A DNA stretch of 27,395 nucleotides. Source: Macrostomum lignano (Eukaryota). This document shows positions 21,771 through 27,395 of the stretch, piece after piece. The notes below the pieces were generated by a model. The model worked only from the letters and a program-made list of their open reading frames with translations. It did no database searches and was not told where the DNA came from. Position 1 is the first letter of the stretch, and each line of letters opens with the position of its first letter. The DNA lies in the NCBI GenBank assembly GCA_002269645.1, contig NIVC01005064.1, positions 1-27,395 of the forward strand. Reading direction: 5' to 3'. Made by a program: the position numbers and the translations under genes.

Positions 21771-22855
21771 TCATATGAACTGCGATTTACTCGTGCATTT
21801 CAGAAATGACGAACGAGACTTGGCTTGGTTCGGCCACATTCCATAAGATGACGTCACGGAGTCAGCGCGTCGCTTGCACAGTCGCTTCGCGGAGCACGAG
21901 TCGGACTTGGAGCTGTTGCCGCCATCGACATCCAGACGCGCTTTCACGGACGCCTTCATGTTTCGATGAATTGCTTCTTCAGTTTCAGCCGCTGTGAGGT
22001 TCAGGCACAGAGGGAGATGTCTAAACTCCCAGGTTGTAGGCTCAGGTGTCGGGCTGCAGTTGTACCTCTGCTGTCTGTCCCTCGCCATCTCCGAATAGTA
22101 GCAGTGAGCCTCGCTGTAGCTGAACGCATCTGCGGCGCCGTTGTACGGGTTCAAGAACAGAACTGGGTCGTCGTGTTTCTCAACGCACTGGCCGGGAAAG
22201 TCCGCCGGTGTCATCTGGGCATCTTGCATTGCGATGGAGACGTCGTAGGCTCGACCGGGACCCAGGCTGATCACATTAGAGGTGAATCGAGACGGGTAGT
22301 GACCTCTGGGCGTCAGGTAGAGATACATTCCGCTGCCTTTATCGAACCCGATCGGATTCTCCAGGTTCCAGTCGAATGGATATAATGTTATCTGATGACC
22401 AGATACGACAACAGACATTGTTGGAAGCCGGTCTGTATGGTTTGAAAACAGGCCAAGCTTATCGAAGTCAAAGAAGTAAGGATCGAGAAGCAGGTCGAGC
22501 TGCAATCTGTTGTTCGTATTCTGCATCCGAGATAACTCAGCATCGGTGAGGGCAAGCTTGAAGCACTTCAGATGGTTCGGGTGGAACAGCGTCTCTACCG
22601 CGATCGGGGAATTCAGACTGCGATCTGAGCCTGCACTGAAGATTCCGTAGTTTCCGTAGAATGTCTGCAGCTTTCTCTGACCCACAATGTCCGCCAGAGT
22701 TCTGTAGGGCAGAGACTGGATCAAGCTTGTTGGCCGAAGTTCGCGCAGTGTTGTGTTTTCACTCTCCGACGCATTCAGAGATCCGAGAGCGGCATCGAAT
22801 GCAGTCTGAGCAGCATCGACCGGTATGTTCACCTGGTCCGCCTCTGACCTGTTCA
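21771..22855 (-). CDS. Uninterrupted ectodomain reading frame of the DEG/ENaC gene
   Basis: The ORF track shows 353 aa open (21771..22832), and the frame extends back to the MITE target site (RLNRSEADQVNIP...). It contains the finger/palm/knuckle/thumb region but no TM segments. Confidence 0.7.
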
Positions 22856-22863
22856 GTCGGTAG

Positions 22864-23368
22864 CAGGGGCGTCGCCATGGATTTTATGGTGGGGGGGACA
22901 AAGCCAATAATTATACTAGTACGTGTACATGACAAAATTCTTACATGTACATTATTTTCAGAATCGGTGTTGTCAGCACTCATTTTGGCGCCGCAGGCAT
23001 TCATTTTAGCGCCGCAGGCACTCATTTTAGCGCCGCAGGTTACTCATTTTGGCGCCGCAGCCACTCATTTTAGCGCCGCAGGCACTCATTTTAGCGCCGC
23101 AGGCACTCATTTTAGCGCCGCAGGCACTCATTTTAGCGCCGCAGGTTACTCATTTTGGCGCCGCAGCCACTCATTTTAGCGCCGCAGGCACTCATTTTAG
23201 CGCCGCAGGCACTCATTTTAGCGCCGCAGGCACTCATTTTAGCGCCGCAAGCACTATGTATTGTCGCCCTGCAGAAAAATTATTGATTTCCATAACGGTT
23301 CACAGGGTGGAGTGGGGGGACAAAGAATTGGCCCCCCTGTCCCCCCCCCCCCGTTGGCGACGCCGCTG
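22864..23368. mobile_element. Non-autonomous hAT-type DNA transposon (MITE), 505 bp
   Basis: TIRs CAGGGGCGTCGCCA (22864-22877) and TGGCGACGCCGCTG (23355-23368), one mismatch. Perfect 8-bp TSD GTCGGTAG at 22856-22863 and 23369-23376. An 8-bp TSD with CAG termini is characteristic of hAT elements. Confidence 0.92.
22977..23251 (+). repeat. 21-nt tandem repeat (CACTCATTTTAGCGCCGCAGG) x13 inside the MITE
   Basis: I counted 13 units. Two 22-nt variants (TTACTCATTTTGGCGCCGCAGC) start at 23040 and 23146. Confidence 0.95.
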
Positions 23369-23659
23369 GTCGGTAGATAAACGAGCCAGCGGCTTGGAGA
23401 CTGTTGCAAAAGTAGACATCGGGAACTCGAATGGAACCTTTTCCGCTTGGAACTCTGACCTTACGCTCGGACTGTTCAGGCGTCGAATGTAGACGGTACA
23501 GGTGTTTAGCAGAAGGCCCAGGAAGCTCAAGAATGCCAGAAGCCAGAAGATCCTCTGCACAACGGTCCTCTGCTTGCAGGGTCAATATGTTGTATTTTCT
23601 TCACAATGAAGAACTCGCGTGCGGTCAGATCAGTAACCGGAGAGTTTTCCCGCGTCAAA

Positions 23660-23893
23660 TTAGTACCTCAGCTGTTTCCAGACTTGGCGTATGCGGATAC
23701 AGCTTTGCATCGAAGCTGAGGGAAGTATTTTGAGGGCACAGAAGCTCAGAATCCCAAAAGCCATGGATACAGATGATCCTCTGCACAACGGTGCGACTTG
23801 CAGGGGCCTCACGGCCGATGGTGTGAGCTGTGTGCAGTGGTGTTCGCCACGGATTTTTTCACTATCCCGGACAGAGAGGCGCTGGGCGTCCAT
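23660..23893 (-). pseudogene. Degenerate second copy of the DEG/ENaC N-terminal/TM1 module
   Basis: ACCGTTGTGCAGAGGATC and the following GCTTYTGG..TTC.TGAGCTTC recur 223 nt apart (near 23775 and 23550). This copy keeps ANTTAH but carries several indels. Confidence 0.7.
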
Positions 23894-24712
23894 TCCCCGG
23901 CAATTTCTGGGGGAGGCTTGATGACAGAGTACAATCTTGCTGTGCAGCAGCTGGTAGGAAATTGGAGCTTGGCATTTGCTTGTCGATCAGCTCACCATTC
24001 AAAAATAAAAAAGAATTTCTATTTGCATACATGTACATGTACTTAGGGTACTTGGCAAGGTTGTCTCGGAAACGAGTGAAGCAGATGGCTGGTGCAGGTC
24101 TATTTTCTGGGCTGTTGAGCTTCTGCTCGATGACGAAATTCAAAGCAAATCGAACATGTCGCACTTTGCAGAAATTTAGAGTTTGCTTTCTTCTTAATTC
24201 ATACGCAGCAGCAGCAGCTTCACTGTATAATGCAATCTTTTTCTAGGATTATCACGGCATCCAGAGCATAGTTCAGCGCTTTCCAGAATCTTCTCGAGCT
24301 CTATATGAGACGCCGCATCCCGTGACCGCTGGTGATCCTCCTGCGAAATTTCGGTTGAATATGCTCAAGCTGGATTTATCTAGTTGGTATAATAGCTCGA
24401 TCGTATTCAGTTTAATTTTTGTTTTTCTTTGATCCTTGTTTAAGATTTCGACACTGACAGACACAAATATAATCTGGAAATACGAGTACATGCATGTAAA
24501 GCACGATGGACCCTTACGATCGGGCAGTTGTGCCATTTGCCAGGAAATTTTTATTGTCTGGAAGCCTGTAGAATATGCATTTATTAACTATTATATATTT
24601 TCGTAAAGCCTGTGTACTCAAAGACCACTGTATACAGTGGTCCTTGCTAGTACTATAGTGGTCCGTGATAACAATGTGATGCGATATGACGTGTGAAGTG
24701 GTAAATTGGTAA

Positions 24713-25470
24713 ATATGCATGCACGTTGCAAGGACGACTGGAGTAGAAGGACAGGAAACCTCGTTTCTTAGAAAATTTTAGAAGGCAGGTTTTCCTGAAA
24801 AAATACACTATGGAGATAGGAAGTTTTCATTTTTTTACAACAAAAATTGTTAATTGCTTTTGATAGGAGACAGTTCATCTTTTGATATGTTGTGCCTTTC
24901 TTATTGCTCGATTGATATTCTGATATTCATACAGCTTTTCGTTCAAAAATTAGGATTCTAAGCATACAAACCTTAGAGATTTAGTATATTTAGATGTTAA
25001 TTTTTTATTCTACGTACATTTGCACGTGTCTTGTGCCTAAAACCATTAAAATTGCACGGCCGGCTCGTCTCTTTGGCCTTATGATTCTATTTTATCATTC
25101 TTAGCTGACTGTGTAACAAATGTGTAACAGAGATGATAAAATAGGTTCATAAAACCATAGATTGGAGCTGTGCTATGCATTTTTATGAGTTTTAGGTACA
25201 GCAAAAAACGTTGAATAAAAATTTACATAGAATACTAATTTTTTGAACGAAAAGCTTTACGATGGATAGAGCAATAAGAAAGGCACAACATATCAAAAGA
25301 TGAACACTGGATCTGCCTCCTATCAAAAGCAATAACAATTTTTGTGCTGAAAAAATGAAAACTTCCTATCTCCGTAGCGTATTTTTTTCGGGAAAACCTG
25401 CTTTCTAAAATTTTCTAAAAAACGTGGTTTTCCGTCCTTCTACTTAAGTCGTCCTTGGCACGTTGCATAT
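24713..25470. mobile_element. ~760-bp imperfect palindrome (foldback/MITE-like element)
   Basis: The arms match in inverted orientation nearly to the centre. 24873-24909 is the exact reverse complement of 25269-25305 (37 bp). Further matches: 24932-24960 vs 25228-25256 and 25079-25101 vs 25131-25152. Confidence 0.8.
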
Positions 25471-26399
25471 CCTCAATATAAGACAATATTTTAATTTTTA
25501 ATTATTAAAACTTGTCTCTTAGACATCGATATGTAAAAAGTCCTAGTTTTTAATATATTTTTTTAAAAGCCTGCTATCTTTAATATCAATACAATTTGAG
25601 TTTTGTTTTACTTTGATCTTTGTTTAATATTTTGAGACTGAGAGGCCACCCGAGTGGCATCGATCTTATCGGGAGTAGATGTACCATTTTTTACCGATGT
25701 TATCGGGTTGAAAACATGGCGGGAATGTCGGCAACATGTCATCATCCCGATATAATCGGGGCATAATGCTTTTAAATTGAGCATGTTTTGCGTTTATTTG
25801 AATTTCACGTTGCTAAATGTATAGAACTGGCCTAGCGTATTCATTTGCATAAAATATATATTATGCTTGTGCTTCATGTGTTTGAAACTTTACTCGAGGT
25901 CAAGGCTCCCCTCAGTGTGGAGAGTTTTTGTATACAGGCTACAGGTTTTTATAACTATGACAAATATTAATTAATGCTTTTACTTGGGTGCTTTTACAAA
26001 TTCATCACCATTTACTCTAACCAATAAAATATTAATATTATTAATGTTACCTAAGAGTGACAAACTGCAAAACTTCTTCAAGTTAGGCCTACCTAAAAAT
26101 TGTTTGAAACCTTTAGACCAAAATAGGAAGAATTGATTTTAATTTATTGTCTATATATTTGATTATTTCTGCAAAGCCAAAATTATTAAATTCTTAAATT
26201 CTTCTAGACCTTATAGAAGACTTCTTTCCTTAATTTATATTAGGAAAACTTTTGAAATATTAATATGGTCATGGATTAACTTAACTATAGCTAAAAACTT
26301 TGAAAAGGAAGACAGAATAGGAGTCTAGACTATAGTCCTAGAAGGGGACAGATAGGGTATATCTATATTATATTGTCCTTTTATTGTCTATACTACCAA

Positions 26400-27395
26400 T
26401 ATATTCCTTATCCTTATGCTAGGCTCCTACTCTCTATATCCCTATATCCTCCTTGCCTTCCTACTAGCCCCCTAACCTCTCCTAACCTCCTAAGGATTCC
26501 CATATCCTTATTGCTCTCCTACTAGGCTTTTATCCTCTATACCTTCTATATATTTTTCCTTACCCTATTGCTAGTTCTAATCCACCAAACACTATGCCCT
26601 CATTATCCTCTATATCCTCCTTTCCCATCTACTGGTCTTACCTTCTATAATATATATCCTCTTGACCTCTTATCCTCTTGCTGGCTCCTATCCTCCATAT
26701 CCTCAATATCCTTCTCTTTTTACTAGGCTCCTACCCTCATAGTCTATACCCTCCTTACCTCCTTCCCCACCTGCTGGCTCCTACCTTCCATATCTTCTTA
26801 TTCTCTTGCTAGGCTCCTACCCTCCATGCCTTCCATACCCTCTATGTCTCCTCCTGGCTCCTTTCCTCTATGCCTTCCATGTCCTCCATGTCTCTACTCT
26901 CCTAGGCTCCTACCCTCCATGTCCTTCTTACCCTCCATACCCTCCATGCCCTCCATACCCTCCATGCCTCATAGGTTCTTACCCTCCATGCCCTCCATAC
27001 CCTCTATGCCCTAGGCTCCTACCCTCCATGCCCTCTATACCTCCATACCCTCCTTGTCCTCCTACCCTCTATACCCTCTTATCCTCCTGCTAGGCTCTTA
27101 CCCTCCATGCCCTCCATACCCTCCATGCCTCCTCCTAGGCTCCTACCCTCCATGCCGTCTCTTAACCCTCCATACCCTCCATGCCTCCTAGGTCTTACCC
27201 TCCATGCCCTCTATACCCTCATCCCTCCATACCCTCCATGCCCTTCTTACCTCCATACTCCTTACCCCCTCCTAGCTCCTACCCTCCATGCCCTCCATAC
27301 CCTCCATGCCTCCTCCTTGCTCCTACCCTCCTACCCTCCATGCATCCTCCTAGGCTCCTACCCTCCATGCCCTCATACCTCCATACCCTCTTACC
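26400..27395 (+). repeat. Degenerate C-rich tandem repeat (CCCTCCATG/CCCTCCATA, CTAGGCTCCTA) running off the window end
   Basis: A 9-nt core is interspersed with GGCTCCTACCCTCC. Regularity increases toward 27395. Confidence 0.85.

Larger units (their letters stand above)
21453..23893 (-). pseudogene. DEG/ENaC (ASIC/degenerin family) channel gene, disrupted by a MITE insertion and frameshifts
   Basis: Family motifs occur in order across frames: ANTTAH / ENTT (pre-TM1), QRIFWLLAFLSFLGLLL (TM1), FP-DVYFCN, KCFKL, GMYLYL..P..GPG, Cys-rich thumb, GMWP, QFVAEVGS..LYLGLTS (TM2), and tail IYEYMCIKFYEAYHRGYIDVCR-stop (21453). There is a frameshift at ~23422 and several between ~21810 and ~21510. Confidence 0.85.

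Noticed and set aside
26806-27093. Pro/Tyr/Cys-rich ORF (GSYPPCPPYPPC) as a real protein
   Set aside because: The frame shifts repeatedly between repeat units and has no clear start or splice context. It is treated as a repeat, although a decayed coding origin is not excluded.

Overview
This is eukaryotic (invertebrate) genomic DNA. The style (GC-rich exons, poly-Gln/Gly tracts, very large intronic minisatellites) suggests a free-living flatworm such as Macrostomum, but that is inference only. Two ion-channel loci face each other. (1) On the + strand, a complete 8-exon Cys-loop receptor gene of the GABA-A beta-like/LCCH3 type (3045..20175). All seven introns are GT-AG, and the exons join in frame to 1710 nt = 569 aa + stop. 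(2) On the - strand, a disrupted, apparently intronless DEG/ENaC (ASIC-family) gene (~21453..23893). It has an intact ~1.08-kb ectodomain reading frame, indel-damaged TM1 and TM2 ends, a duplicated N-terminal module, and a 505-bp hAT-type MITE (8-bp TSD GTCGGTAG) whose removal restores the frame. The introns hold many unrelated tandem repeats, the largest a ~5.2-kb 19/20/21-nt pyrimidine minisatellite that produces the spurious 1672/1654-aa ORFs. Downstream lie a ~760-bp whole-element palindrome and a CpG-free, TpA-rich decaying repeat at the window end. I cannot establish a wholly new biological system from sequence alone. The best leads are the MITE-interrupted mosaic DEG/ENaC locus and the CpG-free terminal segment.
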